Of a stretch of DNA of 52,696 nt, positions 52,096 through 52,696 are shown piece by piece. This DNA comes from a virus (Duplodnaviria; Heunggongvirae; Uroviricota; Caudoviricetes): positions 1 to 52,696 of IMG/VR virus record IMGVR_UViG_3300048091_000193; one strand, 5' to 3'. Numbering within the stretch: position 1 is the stretch's first letter; the number at the start of each line of letters is the position of its first letter. The notes under the pieces are model-generated. The model made no database searches. It was given only the letters and a program-made list of their open reading frames with translations, and had not been told where the DNA came from. The position numbers were made by a program, and so were the translations under genes.

Positions 52096-52625
52096 TCGTG
52101 TCCGCTCTCACCGCATTCGGCACCTGGATGGCATCCAAGACGATCCCCTGGAAGTGGATCGGCATTCTCGTTGCGATCCTGATCTTGGTCGGGGTCGGCG
52201 CCGGCATCTATCTGCATGTCGACGGCCTGAAGAAGGATCTCGTTGAAACCACCCAGAAGCTGGCGACCGAGGAGCTACTGAAGAAGGAAGCCGAGGCCCG
52301 CGCCGACGACATCATGACTCAGCACAGCCTTCAGGTCGAACGAATCGAAACGCTCGAAGACCAGCGCCGCCGCATCGCCGGCGAGGTGATGGCCCTGCGC
52401 AAAACCATCCAGGATCTGGATATCGAAGGAGACCTTGAAAGTGACAATGCTGAACAGGCCGATAGTGCGATTGCTCGCCTCAATGCTCGCAATGAGCACC
52501 TTAACCGGCTGCTTGAGCACGCAAGCGGAAAAGACGTCGTTCGTGCCAACCCAGGTGCAGCAGGCAAAGCCAGCAAGGCCGGCGCCCCTTCAGCTCTACA
52601 ACGAGCCCTGGAAGCGCTGCGGTAA
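52092..52625 (+). CDS. Inner-membrane spanin (Rz-like)
   Basis: N-terminal TM (WIGILVAILILVGVGAGIYL) and periplasmic coiled-coil. Confidence 0.7.
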   Translation: MIVSALTAFGTWMASKTIPWKWIGILVAILILVGVGAGIYLHVDGLKKDLVETTQKLATEELLKKEAEARADDIMTQHSLQVERIETLEDQRRRIAGEVMALRKTIQDLDIEGDLESDNAEQADSAIARLNARNEHLNRLLEHASGKDVVRANPGAAGKASKAGAPSALQRALEALR

Positions 52626-52696
52626 GATGGCCTGTCTGACCGCAGCGGAAGCCAAGCGGTCCCTCGACAACAAGGTGCAGGTCTATCAGTGGATGG
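52447..52696 (+). CDS. Outer-membrane spanin lipoprotein (Rz1-like), overlapping, truncated by window end
   Basis: Alternate frame MLNRPIVRLLASMLAMSTLTGC: lipobox LTGC, Pro-rich mature region; not in ORF track. Confidence 0.7.
   Translation, partial: MLNRPIVRLLASMLAMSTLTGCLSTQAEKTSFVPTQVQQAKPARPAPLQLYNEPWKRCGKMACLTAAEAKRSLDNKVQVYQWM

Larger units (their letters stand above)
1..52696. mobile_element. Temperate siphovirus genome segment, probable phage-plasmid (partial)
   Basis: Contiguous terminase-portal-capsid-tail tube-tape measure-gpM/L/K/I/J-like-fibre-lysis order; ParA + RHH pair; no host housekeeping genes or integrase in window. Phage identity is strong; plasmid lifestyle is inferred. 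Confidence 0.9.

Overview
The whole window is about 53 kb of a temperate, lambda-tail-type siphovirus from a high-GC alphaproteobacterial host (Omp25/RopB-like gene, DUF2793 fibre). It is probably a phage-plasmid: it has a ParA + ribbon-helix-helix partition pair and no integrase appears in the window. Order: small early/accessory genes (0.2-9.9 kb); partition, dNMP kinase and helicase (10-14.2 kb, minus strand); a ParB/ParB/ABC-ATPase/GNAT cluster (14.3-18.2 kb); terminase, portal, capsid and tail (18.3-42.9 kb); fibres (43-51.3 kb); holin-like gene and spanins. The standout signal is not on the ORF track. A 1-kb two-gene operon (8010-9007) has almost no CC or GG dinucleotides (7 counted, versus roughly 130 expected), and both of its proteins contain no Gly, Pro or Trp. 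The larger one is a recoded paralogue of the normal Gly/Pro-containing gene at 6090-6932. The leaders of other early genes are also CC/GG-free and use AGAGAG in place of an AGGAGG ribosome-binding site. Inference: the first-read DNA avoids a CC/GG-directed DNA modification or defence, and the terminase-adjacent ABC-ATPase + GNAT cluster is the best in-window candidate writer. The window also holds 18 dispersed copies of an 18-bp palindrome (TAAGTCA-N4-TGACTTA) at gene junctions and a twin hairpin element before the terminase and before the 6090 gene. Counts were done by eye and no database searches were run; family names come from recognised motifs and gene order.
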